This document shows, piece by piece, positions 20,125 through 29,621 of a DNA stretch of 64,000 nucleotides. Position numbers and translations under genes: made by a program. Position 1 is the stretch's first letter. Each line of letters starts with the position of its first letter. Below the pieces are notes generated by a model. The model made no database searches. It had not been told where the DNA came from and was given only the letters and a program-made list of their open reading frames with translations. This DNA is from an uncultured bacterium (lineage in GTDB: Bacteria > Armatimonadota > Abditibacteriia > Abditibacteriales > Abditibacteriaceae), in assembly GCA_963843795.1 (NCBI GenBank), contig CAWJLW010000006.1, positions 3,484,375-3,548,374 of the forward strand, in the 5' to 3' direction.

Positions 20125-20487
20125 TCAACCGCGGCCCAGCGTGCGGACATGTTCGAGCAGTTGCGTAGTAGTAAAAGGTTTGGACAAGAATTCATTGCAA
20201 CCAGCGTCTTTGGCCATGCGGCGCGCCAGCGCTGTACTGAGCGTGCTCATCAGCAAAATGGGAATGTTGCGCCCGTTGCGCGTAGCGCGAATGCGCTGCG
20301 TGAGCGCGATGCCATCGCTTTTGTCCATTACCGAATCGATTATCAGCACATCAAACTTACCGCTTTCAAAATTTGTGAAAGCTTCTTCGGCGGTGCCCGC
20401 TTCGACGACATCAATCTGCGATTCGGTCAGATTTAGCGTCACAAATTCGCGCAACTCTTCGTTATCGTCGACTAATAAAACTCGCAT
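20125..20487 (-). CDS. Single-domain response regulator
   Basis: VLLVDD, LIIDSVM, LSKPF. Confidence 0.9.
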   Translation of the reverse strand: MRVLLVDDNEELREFVTLNLTESQIDVVEAGTAEEAFTNFESGKFDVLIIDSVMDKSDGIALTQRIRATRNGRNIPILLMSTLSTALARRMAKDAGCNEFLSKPFTTTQLLEHVRTLGRG

Positions 20488-20571
20488 AAATAGTTCGGAC
20501 TATTACATCACATCCCCGTTTATCAAAGATACCACATCGCAATGTTTCAACGCTCGATTTGGACGCTCGTT

Positions 20572-21519
20572 TCACTCGAAATCTTCCTCATCGGTGGGGC
20601 GCCTGACTACACGCCGCGTTGTATCAGCTTCAGCATCCCAAGATGGCACGCGTTGCAATGGTGTAGGCGAATTATCGGGCAATGCGGACAGGTTTCGGGG
20701 AGAAGAAATTTCTGGTTTCGCCTTTTCTATTTCAGATATCGCCCCTTCTGGCGATGCCAATGGCGAATCAGGTTCGCTCACGGTTGTTGAATTTGGGTAG
20801 GCAGCATTTGGTGCCGGCAGCTTGAACGCTGTTTTTTCGGCAACTGCGAATGCGCCCAGCACACCCGCGCCCAAAGCGTTGCGCGCTACACGACCCCAGC
20901 GCTCGTCCAACCAGCCCGCTGCCACCAGCGCTTCGCTGAAAGCCAGCGCACCCAAAACTCCCGCACCCAGCAAACTGGCGCGCCGCCACCACCATGGCGC
21001 GTTTTCAGAAGCACGATCAGGCGAATTTGCGGGCACAAAATGGGGCGTTGCGACATTAGGCGAGTAATCAGCGCGCGCGCCATGTGAATCTGAGGGCGCA
21101 GCCGGCGCGGCAAGTACTTGCCGCGCGCTTATCGTGGTGTGACTGTCAGAATTCTCATGTTCTTTGGCCAGAAAATCGGCGACGCGCAAAAATGCGCTCG
21201 ATAAATCGTTGCGCTCTTCGCCCTGACGCACCAAGGAAACGGCGAAAGGCGAAAATAAATCAGGTGCTTGCGCGAGGGCTTCGGGCAAACCGCGTCCCAT
21301 CGTCAATTCGTGGTCGAACTGATCGTACCATTCCAGCAGACGCGGATTTTTTGTCTGTGCACGCAAAACGCGCGTGACGCGCAAGATATCGACGCCCGCT
21401 TCCATCATGCCGCCGATTTGACGACAAACCGAAATCAGTTCGCGCGCACTCACCGTAGCGCGCGAACTGACCGCAGAATTCTCTTCCCTGTTTTCGGGAT
21501 TATTTGACACGTTCGACAT
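20572..21519 (-). CDS. Protein with a single T2SS-F/PilC-like domain, 2 TM helices and disordered tail
   Basis: RQIGGMMEAGVDIL...LPEALAQAPDLFSPFAVSLVRQGE...RVADFL; start overlaps the efp end, uncertain. Confidence 0.7.
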   Translation of the reverse strand: MSNVSNNPENREENSAVSSRATVSARELISVCRQIGGMMEAGVDILRVTRVLRAQTKNPRLLEWYDQFDHELTMGRGLPEALAQAPDLFSPFAVSLVRQGEERNDLSSAFLRVADFLAKEHENSDSHTTISARQVLAAPAAPSDSHGARADYSPNVATPHFVPANSPDRASENAPWWWRRASLLGAGVLGALAFSEALVAAGWLDERWGRVARNALGAGVLGAFAVAEKTAFKLPAPNAAYPNSTTVSEPDSPLASPEGAISEIEKAKPEISSPRNLSALPDNSPTPLQRVPSWDAEADTTRRVVRRPTDEEDFE

Positions 21520-22060
21520 ATTGGCCGCTGCGCGTATCGACGCGAATTTTTTCGCCTTCCACGACAAATAGCGGCACCGTCACAACGGCTCCGGTTTCCA
21601 ACGTCGCCGGTTTGCTGCCGCCTTGAGCTGTGTCACCGCGCAAGCCCGGATCGGTTTGCGCGACCACGAATTCCATCGTTTGCGGCAGCTCGACGTTGAG
21701 AATGCGCTCTTTCCACGTCATCAACTGCACAGGTGTGTTTTCTTTGAGAAAATTCACGGCGTCGCCGACTTGCTCGGCTTCGAGGGTGAGCTGTTCGTAG
21801 TTGCTCATGTCCATGAAGAACAGGTCATCGCCTTCACGATACAAAAACTCGACATCGCGCCGTTCGATCATCGCTTGTTCCATTTTCTCGGCGCGCCACG
21901 TTTTGTCTAAAGTAGCACCAGTAATCAAATTGCGCAGTCGCGAGCGTACAAACGCGCCGCCTTTGCCTGGTTTGACGTGCTGAAATTCAATAATTTGATA
22001 AACGTTGTTTTCGAACTCAATCGTGAGTCCGGTTTTAAAGTCTGCGGTGGTAATGGCCAC
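21500..22060 (-). CDS. efp: Elongation factor P
   Basis: QHVKPGKGGAFVR, PGLRGDTAQGGSKPATLETG. Confidence 0.98.
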   Translation of the reverse strand: MAITTADFKTGLTIEFENNVYQIIEFQHVKPGKGGAFVRSRLRNLITGATLDKTWRAEKMEQAMIERRDVEFLYREGDDLFFMDMSNYEQLTLEAEQVGDAVNFLKENTPVQLMTWKERILNVELPQTMEFVVAQTDPGLRGDTAQGGSKPATLETGAVVTVPLFVVEGEKIRVDTRSGQYVERVK

Positions 22061-22387
22061 AATAATCTCCCATCAATTAATTGTCTTTTATGATTGTCTT
22101 TATGTCCGCTCTCGGCACTCGCAAGTACTTGCAGGGATTTAAGATTTGAAGCGGGACAAAAAAAGGATAGCGCAACCGCTAACAATCGTCAAAGCAGCAA
22201 TCCATATCAGCCATGGGCTGTATCGACTTAGGTCAACGGCTCACCCCAGGCACAGATATTAATTTCAATGGCGGCATCGTGTTTGCGAGTACAGAGCTTT
22301 TTGATTGAATAATTTCTGAATCGCTCGTTCATTTTCCAGAAATATTAATTGAGCGAGTGCCATTCTATATTTTTGAGGAGCCACTTT

Positions 22388-23800
22388 ATGTTCCCTTTTA
22401 AACCCCGCAAAACACGTTGGGAAATCGCGCGCGACAACGTTATAGATGTAGCGCACGATGCCGCGGATAACCTGCAAAGTGTGTCGCACGTCGCAGCCGC
22501 CAAAGCTTCACAGGCCGCCATTATGGCTGCCGCTAAAGCTGGCACGGCAGCGACGAGCGCTAGCCTCGCCGGCAAGCAGATTTTGGAAACCGTTGAAGAC
22601 AAATTGCAACACAGCGGCGAAACTGCCCAGCATCTTAAAGAAAATTTATCTGAATCCTTATCGCGCGGCGCACACGCCGCCGATGAACGCGCGCATCTGG
22701 CTTTAGATCGCGCTCATGAAGCGGCTCACACTGCGCGCCAGACCGCTCAAACCGCTCGCGACGCGGCGCTCCAAGCGGCAACTGCCAAACGCGAACTTTT
22801 GGCGCAGAAGAAAGACGACATCTCTCACACGCTGCATGATAAATCGGAACGCGCCCGCGAAACCGCCGCGCAGACTGCAGCACGCTTGAGCCGCAAGCGC
22901 GAAGAAGCTGCCGAAAGCGCCGCTGATTTGGCCAGCAATGTTGCCGAAAGCGCTCAAAACACAAAAAGTAGCTGGCTCAAGCGCGGTAGCGAAATCTCGG
23001 GCGACGCGCGCGAACTGGTCGACCAGAAAAAAGAGCAAATCGCTGAAACGACTAAAGAAAGCCGCAAGGAAGCTAATCGTCGCTTGAAAGCTGCCAAGAA
23101 AGCGGTAGAGCGCCGCGCTGAAGAAAGCGATTTTGCTCTTTTGTCGCGTGACCGACAGGTGGAAGTCGATGAAGGTGGCTCGAAAACGCTTTGGATCATC
23201 GTTGGATTGGCTGCTGGCGCTGTGATTGCACTGCTCATGTGGCCTAAAATTGGGAGCCGCAATCGCGCTGCTTTGCAGGACAAATTTGACGAAGTCAAAG
23301 AAAGCGCCACCGAAACCGTACACTCTGTCGCTGACAAAGCCGCAGATAAGGCCGAAGACCTCAGTCGGCGCGCCGATGGCTTAGCCCACGAAATGCACGT
23401 TGCTGCCACCGATCCTGTGGGCACAGACACACCTGTGCCCGAAACGCCCGCCGATGACATTACACTCGCTGACCGTGTGCGCTCTGAGTTAGGTCGCACC
23501 CCGGTTATGCAAGACTTGACGCTCAATATCGACAGCGTTGAAGGTAATATTTCTGTGCGCGGTGCACTACCCGATATGACGACCCAAGTCGAACTCGAAT
23601 CGATTATTCGCGCCATTCCTGGCGTGCGCGATGTGATTTTCGATACGCCCGCGCCTGACGCGCCGCCTCTTGAGGACAGTCTCAATCATCAGACCGAAAT
23701 GGCTCAGATTGTCACCGAAAATCTGAGTGCCAGCTCTGCTGAAAAGCCCGAAGAACAGCCCAAAAATGAATCGCCTGCTGATAAACCTTTCGTGGGCTAA
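22388..23800 (+). CDS. Ala-rich helical-repeat, YtxH-like TM and BON-domain protein
   Basis: Long amphipathic A/E/K-rich region, GLAAGAVIALLMWPK segment, DDITLADRVRSELGR...IPGVRDV BON domain. Confidence 0.75.
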   Translation: MFPFKPRKTRWEIARDNVIDVAHDAADNLQSVSHVAAAKASQAAIMAAAKAGTAATSASLAGKQILETVEDKLQHSGETAQHLKENLSESLSRGAHAADERAHLALDRAHEAAHTARQTAQTARDAALQAATAKRELLAQKKDDISHTLHDKSERARETAAQTAARLSRKREEAAESAADLASNVAESAQNTKSSWLKRGSEISGDARELVDQKKEQIAETTKESRKEANRRLKAAKKAVERRAEESDFALLSRDRQVEVDEGGSKTLWIIVGLAAGAVIALLMWPKIGSRNRAALQDKFDEVKESATETVHSVADKAADKAEDLSRRADGLAHEMHVAATDPVGTDTPVPETPADDITLADRVRSELGRTPVMQDLTLNIDSVEGNISVRGALPDMTTQVELESIIRAIPGVRDVIFDTPAPDAPPLEDSLNHQTEMAQIVTENLSASSAEKPEEQPKNESPADKPFVG

Positions 23801-23811
23801 AATCGACAAAA

Positions 23812-23859
23812 TAAGCACAAAAGCGCGATGCAAGTACTTGCATCGCGCTTTTGTGCTTA
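23812..23859. terminator. Perfect 48-bp palindrome, probable bidirectional terminator
   Basis: TAAGCACAAAAGCGCGATGCAAGTACTTGCATCGCGCTTTTGTGCTTA between convergent genes. Confidence 0.85.
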
Positions 23860-23979
23860 AAATGCTTCTCAATTCAAAGCTTAAAGCTCCACTTCGAAAA
23901 TCGAACCGGCAAGGTATGCAAAATTTGAATTACGATTTTGCTTTGGCGAGCACGTGTAAAATAAGAATTGTCTGCTAAT

Positions 23980-24684
23980 CTACGAAGCGAAAATTTTCCG
24001 TGCTGCGCGCTGGGGATTATCGGCACCAGTAATTGGTCGTCCGATAACCAGATAATCGGCGCCTTTATCGATAGCTTCCTGGGGCGTCATAACGCGTTTT
24101 TGATCGCCGTTATCACTTCCTGCCGGTCGCACGCCGGGTGTGATGATCAGAAAATCGTCTCCACACTCGCGACGCACTTTTTCGATCTCGTGCGGCGAGC
24201 ATACCACTCCATCCAAACCGGCCTCGCGCGCCAAAAGCGCCAAACGGCGCACCGCGCTTTCGGGCTCTTCATCCAGACCCAAACGCGCCAAACTCGCACG
24301 ATCGTGCGACGTGAGAATGGTAACGCCAATGATTTTCGTATCCGCATTGGTTTCGCGCGTCGCATCGCGTGCCGCACGCATCATTTCCAGCCCGCCCAGA
24401 CAATGCACGTTGAACAAATGCACGTTTAAACCGGCTAAAACTCGACTGGCTGCTGCGACCGTGTTGGGAATGTCGTGCAGTTTCACATCAAGAAAAACAC
24501 GTTGTGGCCCCATGTGCTCGACGATGGATCGTCCCTCCGCGTAGAATAATTCCAGGCCGATTTTAAAGCCACCCACTTCATTTTCCAGTTCGTAAGCCAA
24601 CTGGCGCGCGCGCAAAGCCGATGGCACATCCAAAGCGACCCAGACTTGATTTTGCGAAGAATTTTTTTCATTCATGACGCTCAT
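23980..24684 (-). CDS. pyrF: Orotidine-5'-phosphate decarboxylase
   Basis: VALD, FKIG, FLDVKLHDIPNT, TPGVR, DQKRV, VIGRPI. Confidence 0.96.
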   Translation of the reverse strand: MSVMNEKNSSQNQVWVALDVPSALRARQLAYELENEVGGFKIGLELFYAEGRSIVEHMGPQRVFLDVKLHDIPNTVAAASRVLAGLNVHLFNVHCLGGLEMMRAARDATRETNADTKIIGVTILTSHDRASLARLGLDEEPESAVRRLALLAREAGLDGVVCSPHEIEKVRRECGDDFLIITPGVRPAGSDNGDQKRVMTPQEAIDKGADYLVIGRPITGADNPQRAARKIFAS

Positions 24685-24759
24685 TTTAGCAATTTTTGAT
24701 GCAGGCAGTGGAACGCAAATCGCAAAGAACAGTGCCATCTAACAATTAATGGAGATAAC

Positions 24760-25722
24760 ATGAAAAAACGTCGTTTGGGACAATCGGATGTAGAATTGAC
24801 CGTGCTAACTATGGGCTGCTGGCAGGCGGGCAAGTCGGGTTGGAGCGGTGTCGAAGACGAAGAAACCATTGCGGCCATACGCGCGGCCTACGATGGCGGC
24901 ATTACAGCCTTCGACACTGCTGAAGCTTATGGAGAAGGTTACAGCGAGCGCATTTTAGCCAAATCGGTCGGCGAACATCGCGATGAAATTATTATCGCCA
25001 CTAAAGTCGCCGCGCATCATCTCAAAGCCTCGCAAGTCAAGGAAGCCTGCGAGCGCAGTTTGAAGAACCTTGAAACGGATCGCATCGACCTTTACCAAAT
25101 CCATTGGCCTAGCGGCACTTTCAATTCGCCCGTCGTACCGATTGAAGAAACTATGGGGGCTTTGAACGAACTGAAGGAAGAAGGCAAAATTCGCGCTATT
25201 GGCGTTTCTAACTTCAACGCCGCACAAATCGAGGAAGCTCTTAAATATGGTCGCATCGATTCACTTCAGCCGCCCTACTCGCTGTTCTGGCGCATTTACG
25301 AAAATAATGGCACCGTCGCGGCATGCGTCAAAAACGAAATCGGCATTATCCCTTATTCGCCGCTCGCGCAGGGCTTGCTGACCGGAAAATTTAATTTGGA
25401 CAATCGCCCAACCGACGATAATCGCAAAGGCAACACCCTGTTCCAAGATCCGATTTACCAAACCGCGCTGCAAGCCGTCGCCGATTTGGAGCCCATCGCG
25501 CACAAGAATGGGAAAACCACCGGTCAGCTTGCTTTACAGTGGCTGCTTCATCAGCAGGGCGTAACTTCGGTTATTGTCGGTGCACGCAACGCCGAGCAAG
25601 TCAAAGACAACTTGGCTGCGGCGCAAGGTGACCTCAGTGAGGAAGATTTGCAGGAAATCGAACGCATTGGACGCACTGTTACCGGCCAATTACCCGACGA
25701 GCAAACCAGTATGTGGGGTTAA
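24760..25722 (+). CDS. Aldo/keto reductase
   Basis: FDTAEAYG, IATK, IDLYQIHWP, IGVSNF, PYSPLAQGLL. Confidence 0.95.
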   Translation: MKKRRLGQSDVELTVLTMGCWQAGKSGWSGVEDEETIAAIRAAYDGGITAFDTAEAYGEGYSERILAKSVGEHRDEIIIATKVAAHHLKASQVKEACERSLKNLETDRIDLYQIHWPSGTFNSPVVPIEETMGALNELKEEGKIRAIGVSNFNAAQIEEALKYGRIDSLQPPYSLFWRIYENNGTVAACVKNEIGIIPYSPLAQGLLTGKFNLDNRPTDDNRKGNTLFQDPIYQTALQAVADLEPIAHKNGKTTGQLALQWLLHQQGVTSVIVGARNAEQVKDNLAAAQGDLSEEDLQEIERIGRTVTGQLPDEQTSMWG

Positions 25723-25736
25723 AATCGTGTGCCAAA

Positions 25737-25772
25737 ACAAAAGCCTCCGCAAGTGCTTGCGGAGGCTTTTGT
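25737..25772. terminator. Bidirectional terminator with variant core GCAAGTGCTTGC
   Basis: ACAAAAGCCTCCGCAAGTGCTTGCGGAGGCTTTTGT between convergent genes. Confidence 0.8.
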
Positions 25773-25794
25773 GGCTTCGGGCTTCTCTTCCGTT

Positions 25795-26703
25795 TTAAGC
25801 GTGCGCAGCGCCGATAATTTCCTGTAAATCGCGACACCCGGTTTCGGTCATATAGGCTTCAATGCCGTCCAGTACGCGCAACGCCGCGTCGGGCTGCACG
25901 AATGTCGCTGTGCCGATTTGTACGGCTCTGGCTCCAGCTAAGAGAAATTCGATGGCATCGCGCGCTTCGATTATGCCTCCGATGCCAATAATGGGAATTT
26001 TAACCGCTCCGTAACAACGATACACGGCGCGCAGCGCTAATGGCCGAATTGCAGGCCCGCTCAGGCCGCCCGCCACATTCGATAGACGAGGTTTGCGCGT
26101 GCGCACGTCAATCGCCATGCCGACAAAAGTGTTGACGGCCGAAAGCGCATCTGCACCGCCCGCTTCGGCTGCGCGGGCCGTCTCAGTAATATCGGTCACA
26201 TTGGGTGATAACTTCACCCAAACCGGAAGTTTCGTTGCCATCTTTACGCGTCGCACTAACTGTTCGGTGAGCGCGGCGTTAGTGGCGAAGTCTAGACCGT
26301 GGGCCACATTTGGACACGAAATATTCAATTCCAGTGCCCGCACTACATCGCGATGCTCATCCAGTTGAGCGGCCAAATCCGCGAAATCTTCGACCGATTC
26401 TCCAGCGATGTTAACCACCAGTGGCACATCAATCGCGCGAAAATGCGGCAATTTTTCCGCGATAAAGCGCGCGATGCCCACATTTTGGAGACCGATAGCA
26501 TTCAACATTCCCGAGGGCGTTTCGCAAGTTCTTGGCGGTGCATTGCCCGCGCGCGGACGATGCGTAATCGTTTTGCCGATGATTGCGCCCAGTCGCGTTA
26601 CGTCAGCGAAATTCGCCACTTCTTCTCCGTAGCCAAATGTTCCAGAAGCCGTCAAAACCGGATTGCGTAACTTCAATGCGCCCAGTTCGACACTCATTTT
26701 CAT
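25795..26703 (-). CDS. pyrD: Dihydroorotate dehydrogenase 1B catalytic subunit
   Basis: ASGTFG, NAIGLQN, ELNISCPN, KLSPN, GGLSG. Confidence 0.95.
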   Translation of the reverse strand: MKMSVELGALKLRNPVLTASGTFGYGEEVANFADVTRLGAIIGKTITHRPRAGNAPPRTCETPSGMLNAIGLQNVGIARFIAEKLPHFRAIDVPLVVNIAGESVEDFADLAAQLDEHRDVVRALELNISCPNVAHGLDFATNAALTEQLVRRVKMATKLPVWVKLSPNVTDITETARAAEAGGADALSAVNTFVGMAIDVRTRKPRLSNVAGGLSGPAIRPLALRAVYRCYGAVKIPIIGIGGIIEARDAIEFLLAGARAVQIGTATFVQPDAALRVLDGIEAYMTETGCRDLQEIIGAAHA

Positions 26704-26759
26704 AATACTGTCCAATTCTCTGATTGCACCGCGGTGCAAGTACTTGCACCGCCCTAATA

Positions 26760-27647
26760 TCAGGCGTTATCACGCGCCGCGCGTCCATCGGCCAGACCCG
26801 CTGTAACGGCATCCGTTCCCCAATCGATGCGCGCGCCATCCATCACTGGGCCTTCCACGCAAATACGTTGAAAACGCCCGTACTCATCGTGCGGATCCAG
26901 CATCGGAACAACGCAGCCATTGCACACACCAATGCCGCAAGGCATATTTTCTTCCATCGAAACCTGACACGCGACACCATATGCTGCGCACAACTTCGCC
27001 ACGGCCCGCAGCATTGGCCACGGCCCGCAGGCGCACACCACCAGTTCTCCGCGGCTGATGTTTCGCACTCTTCCTGCCGAGAGTGCGCTCAAGCGCTTTT
27101 CCAAGGGCAGTGTTACCAAGCCCTGTTCGCCAACACTGCCGTCCTGCGTAGCAATAGTTACATTGTCGCAGGCAACACGCAGAGCGGCCTCTTCAACAAT
27201 GTCCTCGCGCCCTCGAGCACCGACAAAGGCTTCGACGTTGAGTGTTTCACGTGAAACATGACCGCACTGTTTTTCTGCGAGAAATACCAGTGGAGGCACG
27301 CCAATTCCTCCGCCTACTATAATTAAGCGTTTACTTTCTGCTTGGAATGGTTTCCCCAAGGGCCCCAGAGCGTCCACCGTTTGACCCACTGATTTCTGTG
27401 CGACCAGTTGTGTGCCGCGCCCTTCGATGCGATACAACATTTCGAACCAGTCGTCGCCGCAGCGCAAAATCGAAAAGGCGCGCCGCAACAGTGGGTCAAA
27501 GCTATGCGCGGTCGGTAAGAGATGCATGTATTGACCGGGCTGAGCCGTTTGTGCGACCAAAGGCGAGTGCGCCCGCAGACGACGATAATGCTCTCCTACC
27601 TCTTCGTGCTGCAAAATTTCAAAACTGTGAGTTTTACCGTGAGTCAT
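26760..27647 (-). CDS. pyrK: Dihydroorotate dehydrogenase electron transfer subunit
   Basis: RRAFS, GPLG, GGGIGVPP, CGP, MPCGIGVCNGC...C [2Fe-2S] motif. Confidence 0.93.
   Translation of the reverse strand: MTHGKTHSFEILQHEEVGEHYRRLRAHSPLVAQTAQPGQYMHLLPTAHSFDPLLRRAFSILRCGDDWFEMLYRIEGRGTQLVAQKSVGQTVDALGPLGKPFQAESKRLIIVGGGIGVPPLVFLAEKQCGHVSRETLNVEAFVGARGREDIVEEAALRVACDNVTIATQDGSVGEQGLVTLPLEKRLSALSAGRVRNISRGELVVCACGPWPMLRAVAKLCAAYGVACQVSMEENMPCGIGVCNGCVVPMLDPHDEYGRFQRICVEGPVMDGARIDWGTDAVTAGLADGRAARDNA
27243..27258. promoter_or_regulatory. parS site inside pyrK
   Basis: Perfect TGTTTCACGTGAAACA. Confidence 0.9.
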
Positions 27648-27676
27648 TATGAAAGAAGTCCATCAAGCCGCTTGCT

Positions 27677-28312
27677 TCACACATTTTTTGTCTCATTGTC
27701 TTTACTGTCGGAAGGACTATATTCTGAAGCATTATTTGCTACATCAAGGTTTGCCAAATCAAGGTTTGCCACACCGCCTTCCTCTTCTATCTCATCTGAG
27801 TGCAGTTCTACATCGCTGGTATCGTGGTTTGAGGAGCCCGATTGGCGCTGTCGCTGCCGGCTGGTGCGTGCGATGCGTTCCAATAATTGGGCGAAGCGTT
27901 TGACATCATCAAAGCGCTGATAAACTGACGCAAATCGCACATATGCGACCTGGTCGAGCAGATACAATTTTTCCATCACGAGTTCACCGACTCGAGTGGC
28001 TGCGATCTCGTTTTTGCCATCCTGCCTCAGCACCGCTTCTATCTCCTGCATCATTCCGTCGATAGTATCCAGAGAAACCGGTCTTTTATTACAGGCCTTA
28101 ATGACGCCACGCCTCAGCTTATTGGCATCGAACTCCTCGCGGCGCCCATCTTTCTTAATCACATAGATTGGCGGCATTACGACCTGCTCCATGGTTGAGA
28201 AACGATGGTCGCAATTATCGCAATGCCGCCGCCTTCGCAAGCTGCTTCCGCCCGCCGCAGGCCGCGAATCGACCACACGCGTATCAGCACTGCTACATTG
28301 CGGACACTTCAT
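27677..28312 (-). CDS. nrdR: Transcriptional repressor NrdR with acidic C-terminal extension
   Basis: MKCPQC...DSR...RRRRHC..C..RFST, ATP-cone, AYVRFASVY. Confidence 0.96.
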   Translation of the reverse strand: MKCPQCSSADTRVVDSRPAAGGSSLRRRRHCDNCDHRFSTMEQVVMPPIYVIKKDGRREEFDANKLRRGVIKACNKRPVSLDTIDGMMQEIEAVLRQDGKNEIAATRVGELVMEKLYLLDQVAYVRFASVYQRFDDVKRFAQLLERIARTSRQRQRQSGSSNHDTSDVELHSDEIEEEGGVANLDLANLDVANNASEYSPSDSKDNETKNV

Positions 28313-28341
28313 AAAATTTCCTTGTCAATCATGCTGCTCAA

Positions 28342-28377
28342 TAATTCGGGCTGTTTCACGTGAAACAGCCCGAATTA
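28342..28377. promoter_or_regulatory. parS (28352-28367) embedded in a perfect 36-bp palindrome
   Basis: TAATTCGGGC-TGTTTCACGTGAAACA-GCCCGAATTA just downstream of parB. Confidence 0.92.
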
Positions 28378-28381
28378 GCTT

Positions 28382-29545
28382 TTATTGCCTTGTGCCTTTA
28401 TCCTCTTGGCGAACGGCATCCGATAGCCGTGACACATCGTCGGAGCTTGAACAGTGAATAATGAATTGTCCACCTTTACGTCGTGGCCGAAACTGCACTC
28501 GGCAGCCCGTAGCATTTTGGAGATGTTCAGCCAAACGCTGATAATCAGCTTGGTCTTTACTACGCGCTTTAGGTTTCGCATGAGATAATGCGCGTTCATT
28601 TGAGCGAGTGGCTAATTCCTCGTCTGCTGTTTCGGTGGGCATATCACCTGCGGCGATGCGACGGGCCAGCTCTTCAGTATCGCGCACCGAAAGTTTATCG
28701 CGCAACACGGCGCGAAAAGCAGCGCGGCGCGCACCTTCGCCCGGTGCCAGAAGAATCGCGCGCCCGTGGCCTTCGGACAATGTGCCGTCCTGCAACGCAT
28801 CGCGCGCTTCGATTGGCAATTCTAGCAAGCGCATCGTATTGGCAATCGCTGAGCGGCTTTTGCCAACACGAATGGCGATTTTTTCCTGTGAGAGTTCAAA
28901 TTCCGTAGCCAAGCGGCGATAGGCCTGAGCGGCATCGAGTGGGCTAATATCGTGGCGTTGCACGTTTTCGATTACCGCTAGCTCCAAAGCCTGTTGGTCA
29001 TCGACCGGTTTTACAATAGCCGGAACCGAACTTAGACCGGCCAGTTGAGCAGCTCTCCAACGCCGCTCGCCCGCTACCAGTTGAAAGCGCTCGGCAGCGT
29101 CCGCAGTTGAATCGTTGTGTGCGACTGGACGCACAATAATCGGTTGAAGAATGCCGTGTTCGCGAATCGAATCCGAGAGATTCTGCAATTCTTCTTCATC
29201 GAAAGTACGACGTGGCTGATAAGGGTTGGCTACGATCGTATCGGCTGTCAGCCAGCGCAAAGGAGACGCTTCATTACTGCTTTCACCGAATGATTGTGTT
29301 TCCGCCTGTGCGAGCGGAGGTGTGTCACTTATCGCACTATCTATGGGCTTGTCGATTTTCGATGAAGATGTCTGGCGGACGGAACGGATGACGCTTTGCG
29401 AATTCGGCTTTGGGATTTTTTCGAAATTATCCTCGATTGTGGCCACGTCGAAGTCGCCACGAGCCACGCCACTGAGAAAATCCATATCATCCGTGGGAAT
29501 AAGTGCTGCCAATCCGCGTCCCAGTCCTTTTTTTGCCTGCGCCAT
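28382..29545 (-). CDS. parB: Chromosome partitioning protein ParB/Spo0J
   Basis: KKGLGRGL, NPYQPR, GERRWRA, ENVQR, HTH, GHGRAIL. Confidence 0.97.
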   Translation of the reverse strand: MAQAKKGLGRGLAALIPTDDMDFLSGVARGDFDVATIEDNFEKIPKPNSQSVIRSVRQTSSSKIDKPIDSAISDTPPLAQAETQSFGESSNEASPLRWLTADTIVANPYQPRRTFDEEELQNLSDSIREHGILQPIIVRPVAHNDSTADAAERFQLVAGERRWRAAQLAGLSSVPAIVKPVDDQQALELAVIENVQRHDISPLDAAQAYRRLATEFELSQEKIAIRVGKSRSAIANTMRLLELPIEARDALQDGTLSEGHGRAILLAPGEGARRAAFRAVLRDKLSVRDTEELARRIAAGDMPTETADEELATRSNERALSHAKPKARSKDQADYQRLAEHLQNATGCRVQFRPRRKGGQFIIHCSSSDDVSRLSDAVRQEDKGTRQ

Positions 29546-29621
29546 GCTCGTTCCTTTGCTTTAAAAACTCGTTTTGCCAGCGATTTGCTTTATCGGGCCT
29601 TACCTAAAATAATGCGAGCCG

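Noticed and set aside
22135..22380. Possible ncRNA or riboswitch upstream of efp
   Set aside because: No recognisable family motif or convincing structure by eye; an Rfam/Infernal scan would be needed. No tRNA or rRNA was recognised anywhere in the window.
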